Below are positions 55,570 to 64,000 of a DNA stretch of 64,000 bases, piece by piece (position 1 is the stretch's first letter; every line of letters starts with the position of its first letter). Origin of the DNA: an uncultured Actinomycetota bacterium. Its GTDB lineage: Bacteria; Actinomycetota; Actinomycetes; Actinomycetales; Microbacteriaceae. The stretch lies in assembly GCA_963792285.1 (NCBI GenBank), contig CAWBVS010000019.1, forward strand, positions 2,938-66,937, given 5' to 3'. The notes beneath the pieces are model-generated. The model did not search any database, was not told where the DNA came from, and worked only from the letters and a program-made list of their open reading frames with translations. A program made the translations under genes and the position numbers.

Positions 55570-56523
55570 ATGCCCGAGACCACTTCCTTCGCTCCCCCGC
55601 TGCCGGCGATGCCGCTGCTGGGATTCAGTGCCTACCGCGCCGCGGTTTCGCAGTCGGTCGTCCCACTCGACGTCCACACGGATCGCCCCGACGACTTCAC
55701 CGGCCACCTCGACAGCGGCGGGTCCGGCGACATCCACGTCTTCCACATCCGCGCCGATGAGCACGCGGTGCACCGCAGCCACTCGCTCATCGCGCGCGGA
55801 TCGAGCAAGTACTACAAGTTCTCGCTGCTCCTCGAAGGCGATGGCCTGATCGTCCAGGAGGGACGTGAGACCGCGCTGCGCGCGGGCGACATGGCCATCT
55901 ACGACACCGACCGCCCCTACTCGCTCGTCTTCGCCGACACGGTGCGCATGGGGATCGTGATGTTCCCGAAAGAGCTCATCGAGCTTCCGGCCGAAGCAGT
56001 GCGCGAACTGACCGCGCGGCGCTTCCGCGGCGACGACGGCATCGGCGCGATGGTCCGGCCGTATCTCACGCAGCTCGTCGCGCAGTCCGAAGGCCTCGAC
56101 GGCCACCTCGCGCGCCGCCTCGCCCGTTCGGCGGTCGATCTCGTGGGCACTCTTCTGGAAGAGCACGCGGCCGAGCGACCCTCCACCGGCGGCCACGAGG
56201 CGATCATGCGCCGGGTGCTCGACTACATCGACGACCACCTCAGCTCACCCGATCTGTGCCCCGCCGAGATCGCGTCGGCGCACTACATCTCGGTGCGCCA
56301 CCTGCACGCCCTCTTCAACACCCACGGCACGTCGGTGTCGACCACGATCCGCACCCGGCGTCTGGAGCGGACCTACGACGAACTGGTCAATCCGTCGTAC
56401 GGCGACCGCTCCGTCACCACGATCGCGCTCGCGAACGGCTTCGTCGATCCCGCTCACTTCAGCCGCACGTTCCGTGCGCACTACGGCATGCCGCCGTCGG
56501 CCGTGCGCCCCGCGCACCGCTGA
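55570..56523 (+). CDS. AraC-family activator (FeaR-like ligand domain)
   Basis: QEGRETAL.AGDMAIYDTDRPY; IASAHYISVRHLH, NGFVDPAHFSRTFR. Confidence 0.92.
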   Translation: MPETTSFAPPLPAMPLLGFSAYRAAVSQSVVPLDVHTDRPDDFTGHLDSGGSGDIHVFHIRADEHAVHRSHSLIARGSSKYYKFSLLLEGDGLIVQEGRETALRAGDMAIYDTDRPYSLVFADTVRMGIVMFPKELIELPAEAVRELTARRFRGDDGIGAMVRPYLTQLVAQSEGLDGHLARRLARSAVDLVGTLLEEHAAERPSTGGHEAIMRRVLDYIDDHLSSPDLCPAEIASAHYISVRHLHALFNTHGTSVSTTIRTRRLERTYDELVNPSYGDRSVTTIALANGFVDPAHFSRTFRAHYGMPPSAVRPAHR

Positions 56524-56545
56524 CTCCGCCTGCCGACCGCAGGTG

Positions 56546-56609
56546 TGCGCCGTACGGCACGTGCCGTGCGCTCGGCGTCAAACCGCCTCAGCAGACCCCC
56601 TCGCAGACT
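56546..56609 (+). promoter_or_regulatory. AraC-type tandem site and -10 for the aldehyde dehydrogenase
   Basis: TGCGC-N5-GGCAC and TGCGC-N5-GTCAA at 21-bp period, then 22 nt, then CAGACT. Confidence 0.65.
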
Positions 56610-56639
56610 GGTCGAAGACCTTTCATCGAGGAGGATGAC

Positions 56640-58055
56640 ATGAGCGAAACCACCACGACGAGCCTGCTCGACGCGATCACCGTACCGGCGGACGAAGGCC
56701 GTCCGATTCCGGATGCCGCCACCGGCGAGACCATGGGCTATGCACCCGTGCACGGCCTCGAGGACCTGAATCGTGCCGTCGCCGCAGCCCGTGCCGCCCA
56801 GCCGGCCTGGGCCGCGCTCGGTCACGCCGAGCGCTCGGCGATCCTGCACCGGTGCGCCGACGAGATCGACGCGCACGCCGAGGAGCTCGCCCGCATCATC
56901 GCGCAGGAGCAGGGCAAGCCCCTCAATGGTCCTGGCGCCCGATTCGAGGCGGGCGGGTGCGCGGCGTGGATCCGCAACGCCGCCGACACCGCGCTCGAGC
57001 CGGAAGTGGTCTTCGAGGCTCCCGGAACGCGGTCGGAGCTGCACTACGTTCCCCTGGGTGTGGTGGGCGCGATCGGCCCGTGGAACTGGCCCGCGATGAT
57101 CGCGATCTGGCAGATCGCGCCGTCGCTGCGGATGGGCAACACCGTCGTCAGCAAGCCCTCGGAGTACACGCCGCTGAGCGTGCTCGCCGTGGCCGCACTG
57201 ATGAATCGGCACCTGCCCGAAGGGGTGCTGACCGTCGTCTCCGGTGGCCGCGAGGTCGGCGAGGCGATCGCAGGTCACCCCGGAATCGACAAGGTGATGT
57301 TCACCGGGTCGACCAAGACAGGACGCGAGATCATCAAGAGCTCGGCGGGCAACCTCGCCCGCCTGACGCTCGAGATGGGCGGCAACGACCCCGGGATCAT
57401 CCTCCCGGGGACCGACATCGCGGCGATCGCCGAGAACCTGTTCTGGGGATGCTTCATCAACACCGGTCAGACGTGCGCCGCGCTCAAGCGGCTCTACGTG
57501 CACGACTCGCTGTACGAAGAGGTCGTCACGACGCTCGCCGACATGGCAGCGTCGATGCCGATGGGCCCGGGGCTGGACGAAGGCAGCGTCCTGGGTCCAC
57601 TCTCGACCAAGCAGCAGTTCGACATCGTGTCGAACCTGGTGGACGACGCTCGCTCGCGCGGCGCCCGCATCGTCACCGGCGGCGAGGCGGCACCGGAACT
57701 CGGACCCCACTTCTACCGCGCGACCGTGGTCGCCGACATCGAAGACGGCGCTCCGCTGGTGGACCAGGAGCAGTTCGGCCCGGCCATCCCGGTCATCCGC
57801 TACACCGACGTCGACGACGCGATCGCGCGCGCCAACGCCTCCGAGCAGGGTCTGGGAGCATCCGTGTGGTCCGACGACGTCGATGCCGCTCTCGCCGTCG
57901 CGCAGCGGATCGATGCCGGCACGGTGTGGATCAACCAGCACGGCACGCTCAACCCCGACGTGCCGTTCGGCGGTGTCAAGGGCTCGGGTTACGGGATGGA
58001 GTTCGGCCGCGAGGGGCTCAAGGCGGTCGCCGCACCCAAGGTCATCACGGTCTGA
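56640..58055 (+). CDS. Aldehyde dehydrogenase, probably (hydroxy)phenylacetaldehyde dehydrogenase
   Basis: PWNWP, FTGSTKTG, LEMGGND, NTGQTCAA, EQFGP; substrate inferred from context. Confidence 0.88.
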   Translation: MSETTTTSLLDAITVPADEGRPIPDAATGETMGYAPVHGLEDLNRAVAAARAAQPAWAALGHAERSAILHRCADEIDAHAEELARIIAQEQGKPLNGPGARFEAGGCAAWIRNAADTALEPEVVFEAPGTRSELHYVPLGVVGAIGPWNWPAMIAIWQIAPSLRMGNTVVSKPSEYTPLSVLAVAALMNRHLPEGVLTVVSGGREVGEAIAGHPGIDKVMFTGSTKTGREIIKSSAGNLARLTLEMGGNDPGIILPGTDIAAIAENLFWGCFINTGQTCAALKRLYVHDSLYEEVVTTLADMAASMPMGPGLDEGSVLGPLSTKQQFDIVSNLVDDARSRGARIVTGGEAAPELGPHFYRATVVADIEDGAPLVDQEQFGPAIPVIRYTDVDDAIARANASEQGLGASVWSDDVDAALAVAQRIDAGTVWINQHGTLNPDVPFGGVKGSGYGMEFGREGLKAVAAPKVITV

Positions 58056-58067
58056 TCCACGGGGCAT

Positions 58068-58123
58068 CGACGAAGCGAGACCCTCCGATGTGCGCGAAGC
58101 GTCACGGGGGGTCTCGCTCGTCG
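58068..58123. terminator. Hairpin between convergent genes
   Basis: CGACGA(A)GCGAGACCC...GGGTCTCGCTCGTCG. Confidence 0.65.
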
Positions 58124-58135
58124 GGAGCCGACAGA

Positions 58136-59518
58136 TCAGGCCTTCGCCATCCCGTAGATCGGGCTGACCGTCTGCTCGGCCTCGTGGTCGGGACCGAGCG
58201 GGATGCCGGACCGGTCGCGCAGCAGCAGCGTCGCGACCAGGCCCAGGAGGGTCATGCCGGCGAGGTAGTACGCCACCGCCATCGTGGAGCCGGTCGCCGC
58301 GACCAGGGCGGCGGCGATCGTGGGGGCGAAGGCGCCGCCGAGGATCGCGCCGATCGCGTACGAGATCGACACTCCCGAGAAGCGGATGGATGCCGGGAAC
58401 AGCTCGGAGTACAGCGCCGCCTGAGGTCCGTAGGTGAAGCCGAGGCCGACCGTCAGGATCGCCAGGCCCAGGAACAGCATCCCGACGTCGCCGGTGTTGA
58501 CGAGCGGGAACAGGGTGAAGACACCGACGAGCTGCAGGATCCAGCCGATGATGTACGTCGTACGGCGCCCGATGCGGTCGGAGATCCACCCGGCGAAGAA
58601 CGTCGAGAGCAGCCACACCACCGCCGAGGCGGCGACCGCCCACAGGACGGGCTCACGATCGAGGCCCACGGGTCCGTCGGGGTTCGTGGAGTAGTTCTGG
58701 ATGTAGCCGCCGGTCGTCATGTAGCCGACGGCGTTGTTGCCGGCGAACACGAGCGCGGCGATCAGCACGAGCAGCGCGTGCTTGCGGAACAGCTGCACGA
58801 TCGGGGTCTTGGTGACCTCCTTGCGCTCGGCGAGCTCGGTGAACACCGGGCTCTCCTCGACGCGGCGGCGCACGTAGTAGCCGATCAGGATCAGCACGAC
58901 AGACAGCAGGAACGGCACGCGCCAGCCCCACGCGAGGAACGCGTCGCCGGGGGCGATCACGGTCATGAGCGCCATGATGCCGGAGGCGAGCAGCAGGCCG
59001 AGCGGCACGCCGATCTGCGGCGACGCGCCGAAGAGCCCGCGCTTGGTCTTGGGTGCGTGCTCGACGGCCATCAGCACGGCACCGCCCCACTCGCCGCCGG
59101 CCGAGACGCCCTGCAGGATGCGGAGCAGGATGAGCAGGATCGGAGCCCAGACGCCGATCGCCTCGTACGTCGGCAGCAGGCCGATCAGCGCCGTGGCAGC
59201 ACCCATCAGCACGAGCGTCAGCATCAGCACGACCTTGCGGCCGTACTTGTCGCCGAAGTGGCCGGCCAGGAACGCGCCGAGCGGGCGGAACAGGAAGCTG
59301 ATGCCCACGGTGAGGAACGCGAGGATCTGGCCGAACTCCTCACCGGCCGGGGCGAAGAAGAGCTGCCCGAAGACGAGGCCCACGGCCGTGGCGTAGATGA
59401 AGAAGTCGTACCACTCGACGGTGGTGCCGACGACCGTCGCGAACACGACGCGGCGGCGGTCTTTGTGGGTGGCGATCGTGCCGGTGGGGGTGAACCCGGT
59501 CGGCGATGGTGCGGACAT
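58136..59518 (-). CDS. MHS-family MFS transporter, probable aromatic acid permease
   Basis: VGTTVEWYDFFIY, GHFGDKYGRK, AGGEWGGAV, WGWRVPFL. Confidence 0.92.
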   Translation of the reverse strand: MSAPSPTGFTPTGTIATHKDRRRVVFATVVGTTVEWYDFFIYATAVGLVFGQLFFAPAGEEFGQILAFLTVGISFLFRPLGAFLAGHFGDKYGRKVVLMLTLVLMGAATALIGLLPTYEAIGVWAPILLILLRILQGVSAGGEWGGAVLMAVEHAPKTKRGLFGASPQIGVPLGLLLASGIMALMTVIAPGDAFLAWGWRVPFLLSVVLILIGYYVRRRVEESPVFTELAERKEVTKTPIVQLFRKHALLVLIAALVFAGNNAVGYMTTGGYIQNYSTNPDGPVGLDREPVLWAVAASAVVWLLSTFFAGWISDRIGRRTTYIIGWILQLVGVFTLFPLVNTGDVGMLFLGLAILTVGLGFTYGPQAALYSELFPASIRFSGVSISYAIGAILGGAFAPTIAAALVAATGSTMAVAYYLAGMTLLGLVATLLLRDRSGIPLGPDHEAEQTVSPIYGMAKA

Positions 59519-59590
59519 AAGAGACTCCAGTGTCAGTCGACTTCGCTGTCAGGCAGCTCATCCGAAAAAGAGCTTGCCGGGGATCCTCAG

Positions 59591-59602
59591 ATCATATACG
59601 AT
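59591..59602. promoter_or_regulatory. GntR-type operator at the divergent MFS/hpa promoter
   Basis: ATCATATACGAT, one mismatch from the 55524 palindrome. Confidence 0.7.
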
Positions 59603-59632
59603 TTCGAATACAACGCAAGGGCGAGGGAGCTC

Positions 59633-61114
59633 ATGACCACTTCGACGGATGCCGCATCCGGCCGTTTCGGCCCGCTGCCGGAGCGCCCGGGCAAGATCAT
59701 CGCGATCCACCTGAGCTACGTCTCGCGCGCCGATCAGCGCGGTCGACGCCCGGAGGCGCTGTCGTACTTCTTCAAGCCGTCGAGCTCGGTGGCGGCATCC
59801 GGCGGCACGATCGAGCGCCCCGCCGGGACGGAGCTGCTCGCCTTCGAGGGCGAGATCGCGCTCGTGATCGGAGCGGCGGCACGACGCGTGCCGCTCGCGG
59901 AGGCGTGGAGCCATGTCGCGTTCGTGACGGCCTCCAACGATTTCGGGCTCTACGATCTGCGTGCGAACGACAAGGGCTCCAACGTCCGCTCGAAGGGCGG
60001 CGACGGGTTCACCCCGATCGGGCCGACCCTGCTCGACGCGCGTGCGCTCGATCCGGCGGCGCTGCGGGTGCGCACCTGGGTCAACGGCACACTCGCGCAG
60101 GACGACACCACCGCGGGTCTCATCTTCCCCCTCGCGCAGATGGTCGCCGACCTCTCGCAGCACTTCACGCTCGAGCCCGGCGATGTGATCCTGACCGGTA
60201 CGCCGGCAGGCTCCTCCGTCGTGGTGCCGGGCGATGTCGTCGAGGTCGAGGTCGACGGGGGTGGCCTCAGCACCGGACGCCTCGTCACGACCGTGACGCA
60301 GGGCGCAGCATCCTTCGATCCGGCCCTGGGGTCCCTGCCCGCGGTCGACGACACCCAGCGGGCCGAAGCTTGGGGCTCGCGCGAGGCTGCGGGCCTGCCT
60401 CCGGTCCCCAGCGAGATTCGACTCTCGCCCGAACTGCGGGAGAAGCTGCTCCGCGTTCCCGTCGCGGGGCTGTCGGCGCAGCTGCGCAAGCGCGGCCTCA
60501 ACAACGTGACGATCGACGGCGTGCGGCCGATGCACCCGGGCACGAAGATCGTCGGCACGGCCAAGACGCTGCGGTTCGTGCCCGGCCGGGAAGACCTCTT
60601 CCAGAGCCACGGCGGCGGGTACAACGCGCAGAAGCGTGCGTTCGACGCGGTCGGCGAGGGCGAGATCATCGTGATCGAAGCCCGCGGCGAGACCGGCTCG
60701 GGCACGCTCGGCGACATCCTCGCCCTGCGCGCGAAGTCCCGCGGCGCCGCCGGCATCATCACCGACGGCGGCGTCCGTGACTACGACGCGGTCGCCGCGA
60801 TCGGCATCCCGGTGTTCTCCTCGGGCGCGCATCCCGCCGTCCTCGGACGCAAACACGTGCCCTGGGACCTCGACGTGACGATCGGATGCGGCGGCACGAC
60901 CGTGCAGCCGGGCGACATCCTCGTGGGCGACGGCGACGGGGTGATCGTGATCCCGCCGGCCCTCGCCGAGGAGGTCGCCGACGCCGCGCTCGCCCAGGAG
61001 GACGAGGACGCCTGGATCGCCGAGCAGGTCGCCGCCGGCCACCCGGTCGACGGGCTCTTCCCGATGAACGCCGAGTGGAAGGCGAGGTACGACGCATGGC
61101 GCCGAACGAAGTGA
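59633..61114 (+). CDS. Fusion of a fumarylacetoacetate-hydrolase domain (HpaG-like) and an RraA/HMG-aldolase domain
   Basis: FEGEIALVIG, SKGGDGFTPIGP, LEPGDVILTGTP; then VGTAKTL, GTLGDIL, TDGGVRD, VQPGDILVGDGDGVIVIP in one frame. Confidence 0.88.
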   Translation: MTTSTDAASGRFGPLPERPGKIIAIHLSYVSRADQRGRRPEALSYFFKPSSSVAASGGTIERPAGTELLAFEGEIALVIGAAARRVPLAEAWSHVAFVTASNDFGLYDLRANDKGSNVRSKGGDGFTPIGPTLLDARALDPAALRVRTWVNGTLAQDDTTAGLIFPLAQMVADLSQHFTLEPGDVILTGTPAGSSVVVPGDVVEVEVDGGGLSTGRLVTTVTQGAASFDPALGSLPAVDDTQRAEAWGSREAAGLPPVPSEIRLSPELREKLLRVPVAGLSAQLRKRGLNNVTIDGVRPMHPGTKIVGTAKTLRFVPGREDLFQSHGGGYNAQKRAFDAVGEGEIIVIEARGETGSGTLGDILALRAKSRGAAGIITDGGVRDYDAVAAIGIPVFSSGAHPAVLGRKHVPWDLDVTIGCGGTTVQPGDILVGDGDGVIVIPPALAEEVADAALAQEDEDAWIAEQVAAGHPVDGLFPMNAEWKARYDAWRRTK

Positions 61115-61833
61115 CCACCCGCAGACCGGCCGACGAGCGCGTCGAGGCCCAGGGGCCGGGCACCGCGCAGAGCAAGTCCCAGCGCGCGTACCACTGGATC
61201 AAGGGGCGCATCGCGAACCAGAGCTTCACGCCGGGGTACCGGCTGGTGCTCGGCTCGATCGCCACCGAGCTCGACATGAGCGTCGTTCCGGTGCGTGAGG
61301 CGATCCGGCAGCTCGAGGCCGAGGGACTCGTCACCTTCGAGCGGAACGTCGGCGCGCACGTGTCGATGGTCGACGACTCGCAGTACCGCCACAGCATGCA
61401 GGCCCTGAGCATCCTCGAGGGAGCCGCGACCGCGCTCTCAGCCCGTCGGCTCACCGTCGACGATGTGCGGCGCGCACGCACCGTCAACGAGCTGATGGTC
61501 GAGATCCTCGATCACTTCGACCCCCACTCCTTCACCGCCCTGAACCACGAGTTCCACGGCATCCTCTTCGAGCGCTGCGCGAACCCGCGCCTGCTCGAGA
61601 TCGTCCGCGGCGAATGGGGGCGGCTCGGCAACCTCCGCGACTCGACCTTCAGCTTCGTCCCCGGCCGCGCGGCCGAGTCCGTCCGCGAGCACGAGAACAT
61701 CCTGCAGCTCATCGAGACGAGCGCCCCGCTCGCCGACATAGAGATGGCCGCCCGCCGCCATCGGTCGGCGACCCTCGACGCCTACCTGATCCACGAACAC
61801 CCCGAAGAGGCCCTCGGCCTCCCCGACTTCTGA
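61111..61833 (+). CDS. GntR-family (FCD) regulator of the hpa cluster
   Basis: MSVVPVREAIRQLEAEGLV, NHEFH, EHENIL; GTGA overlap with the upstream stop. Confidence 0.92.
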   Translation: MTTRRPADERVEAQGPGTAQSKSQRAYHWIKGRIANQSFTPGYRLVLGSIATELDMSVVPVREAIRQLEAEGLVTFERNVGAHVSMVDDSQYRHSMQALSILEGAATALSARRLTVDDVRRARTVNELMVEILDHFDPHSFTALNHEFHGILFERCANPRLLEIVRGEWGRLGNLRDSTFSFVPGRAAESVREHENILQLIETSAPLADIEMAARRHRSATLDAYLIHEHPEEALGLPDF

Positions 61834-61853
61834 ACGACCGCAAGAGGAGAGTC

Positions 61854-63377
61854 ATGACCGACACCGCCACGGCGACCACGGCACACCGCGTGCCGGAAGG
61901 CCTGCCCACCCGCATCCAGCACTACATCGACGGCGAGTTCGTCGACAGTGTCGACGGCGACACGTTCGACGTGCTCGATCCGGTGACCAACGAGACCTAT
62001 CTGCAGGCCGCGGCCGGCAAGAAGGCCGACATCGACCGCGCCGTCGCCGCAGCGCGGAGGGCGTTCACCGACGGCCCCTGGCCCCGGATGCTGCCGCGCG
62101 AGCGCTCTCGCGTGCTGCACCGCATCGCCGACATCGTCGAGTCGCGCGATGCCCGGCTCGCCGAGCTCGAGTCGTATGACAGCGGCCTGCCCATCACGCA
62201 GGCGCTCGGCCAGGCCCGGCGTGCGGCCGAGAACTTCCGCTTCTTCGCCGACCTGATCGTCGCGCAGGCCGACGACGCCTACAAGGTGCCCGGCAAGCAG
62301 CTGAACTACGTCAACCGCAAGCCGATCGGCGTCGCGGGCCTCATCACGCCGTGGAACACCCCGTTCATGCTCGAGTCGTGGAAGCTCGGCCCGGCCCTCG
62401 CCACCGGCAACACGGTCGTGCTCAAGCCCGCCGAGTTCACACCGCTCTCGGCGTCGCTCTGGGCCGGCATCTTCGAGGAGGCCGGGCTGCCTCAGGGCGT
62501 GTTCAACCTCGTGAACGGACTCGGAGAGGATGCCGGAGACGCGCTGGTCAAGCATCCCGACGTACCGCTCATCTCGTTCACCGGCGAGAGCAGCACCGGA
62601 AAGCTCATCTTCGGCAACGCGGCGCCGTACCTCAAAGGCCTGTCGATGGAGCTCGGCGGCAAATCCCCCGCGATCGTCTTCGCGGACGCCGACCTCGACG
62701 CCGCGATCGACGCGACGATCTTCGGCGTCTTCTCCCTCAACGGCGAGCGCTGCACCGCGGGCAGCCGCATCCTCGTCCAGCGCGACGTCTACGACGAGTT
62801 CGTCGAACGCTACGCCGCGCAGGCATCGCGCGTGATCGTCGGCTACCCGCACGACCCGGCGACCGAGGTCGGCGCGCTCGTGCACCCCGAGCACTACGCC
62901 AAGGTCATGAGCTACGTCGAGCTCGGCAAGACCGAGGGGCGCCTCGTCGCCGGCGGCGGACGGCCCGACGGCTTCGAGACCGGAAACTTCGTCGCACCGA
63001 CCGTCTTCGCCGACGTCTCCCCCGACGCGCGGATCTTCCAGGAGGAGATCTTCGGCCCGGTCGTCGCGATCACGCCGTTCGACACCGACGAAGAGGCACT
63101 CGCGCTCGCGAACAACACGAAGTACGGCCTCGCCGCCTACGTCTGGACGAGCGACCTTCGCCGTGCGCACAACTTCGCGCAGTCCGTCGAGGCCGGCATG
63201 GTCTGGCTGAACTCGAACAACGTCCGCGACCTGCGCACCCCCTTCGGCGGAGTGAAGGCCTCCGGCCTCGGCCATGAGGGCGGCTACCGCTCGATCGACT
63301 TCTACACCGACCAGCAGGCCGTGCACATCACGCTCGGCGAACCCCACAACCCCACCTTCGGCAAGGAAGCCCACTGA
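61854..63377 (+). CDS. hpaE: 5-carboxymethyl-2-hydroxymuconate semialdehyde dehydrogenase
   Basis: ITPWNTPFMLESWK, FSLNGERCTAGSR, NVRDLRTPFGG; directly upstream of hpaD. Confidence 0.93.
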   Translation: MTDTATATTAHRVPEGLPTRIQHYIDGEFVDSVDGDTFDVLDPVTNETYLQAAAGKKADIDRAVAAARRAFTDGPWPRMLPRERSRVLHRIADIVESRDARLAELESYDSGLPITQALGQARRAAENFRFFADLIVAQADDAYKVPGKQLNYVNRKPIGVAGLITPWNTPFMLESWKLGPALATGNTVVLKPAEFTPLSASLWAGIFEEAGLPQGVFNLVNGLGEDAGDALVKHPDVPLISFTGESSTGKLIFGNAAPYLKGLSMELGGKSPAIVFADADLDAAIDATIFGVFSLNGERCTAGSRILVQRDVYDEFVERYAAQASRVIVGYPHDPATEVGALVHPEHYAKVMSYVELGKTEGRLVAGGGRPDGFETGNFVAPTVFADVSPDARIFQEEIFGPVVAITPFDTDEEALALANNTKYGLAAYVWTSDLRRAHNFAQSVEAGMVWLNSNNVRDLRTPFGGVKASGLGHEGGYRSIDFYTDQQAVHITLGEPHNPTFGKEAH

Positions 63378-63378
63378 C

Positions 63379-64000
63379 ATGAGCACCGAAAAGACCCTCA
63401 CCTCCTCCGGCTTCTACGTCTCGCAGGAGGCGCCGATCCACACCGACAACCCGATCCCGACGCCGACCTCCCCGGCGCCCGACATCCTGCGCTGCGCGTA
63501 CATGGAGCTCGTCGTCACCGACCTCGCGGCATCCCGCGTCAGTTCTACGTCGACGTGCTGGGCCTGTACGTCACCGATGAGGACGACGGACGCGATCTAC
63601 CTCCGCAGCACCGAGGAGTTCATCCACCACAACCTCGTGCTGCGGAAGGGCAGGTCGCCGCGGTCGCCGCGTTCTCGTACCGCGTGCGCTCGGCCGCAGA
63701 GCTCGACAAGGCGGTCGCGTTCTACTCCGAGCTCGGATGCCGCGTCGAACGGCGCCCGGAAGGCTTCACCAAGGGCATCGGCGACTCGGTGCGCGTGACC
63801 GACCCGCTCGGCTTCCCGTACGAGTTCTTCTACGACGTGCAGCACGTCGAGCGCCTGTCGTGGCGGTACGACCTGCACACGCCCGGCGAGCTCGTGCGCC
63901 TCGACCACTTCAACCAGGTCACCCCGGACGTGCCGCGCGCGGTCGGATTCATGCAGGATCTCGGCTTCCGGGTGACCGAGGACATCCAGGACGACGAGGG
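63379..64000 (+). CDS. hpaD: 3,4-dihydroxyphenylacetate 2,3-dioxygenase, partial; about three frameshifts
   Basis: PAPDILRCAYMELVVTDL, YLRSTEEFIHHNLVL, DPLGFPYEFFY, GELVRLDHFNQVTPDVPR, as in actinobacterial HPCD/MndD. Confidence 0.92.

Noticed and set aside
56852-61114. Apparent 1420-aa protein, and likewise 40106..43030, 54187..56523 and 43036..45537
   Set aside because: Only the C-terminal parts are real (starts 59633, 41588, 55570, 43986); the extensions overlap other genes.
1-64000. tRNA, rRNA, integrase, transposase or prophage genes
   Set aside because: None recognised by eye; a tRNAscan or HMM search was not possible.

Overview
High-GC actinobacterial chromosome segment, most consistent with Microbacterium (Microbacteriaceae); the taxonomy is inferred from gene content and protein style. 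Left to right: (i) a >3,700-aa secreted CSLREA / beta-helix / Ig-repeat / DNRLRE protein running off the left edge, beside a three-gene two-component module; (ii) core genes sdhCDAB, MFS, yihY, xth, trpS; (iii) an AbiEi-like wHTH + DUF559 nuclease gene bracketed by two ~97-nt hairpins built from four copies of one 17-bp repeat; (iv) GNAT, Fpg/Nei, glpK-glpD and an FMN riboswitch with ribD-ribE-ribBA-ribH; (v) transporters, a small HTH with two palindromic boxes, pckG with a divergent XRE regulator, DUF4436 and an AlkZ-like glycosylase; (vi) a ~19-kb aromatic amine to homoprotocatechuate catabolic region (copper amine oxidase, APC permease, aldehyde dehydrogenase, flavin hydroxylase, hpaE, hpaD, gabD) in which three operator families (AraC-, GntR- and IclR-type) can be read from the DNA. 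A decamer, GCGGCATCCG/CGGATGCCGC, recurs at least 30 times by manual count, equally on both strands. Many genes carry single-base indels, densest at 29.4-40 kb; these are probably long-read assembly errors, so frameshifted genes are listed as CDS. Domain names come from motif recognition, not from database searches.
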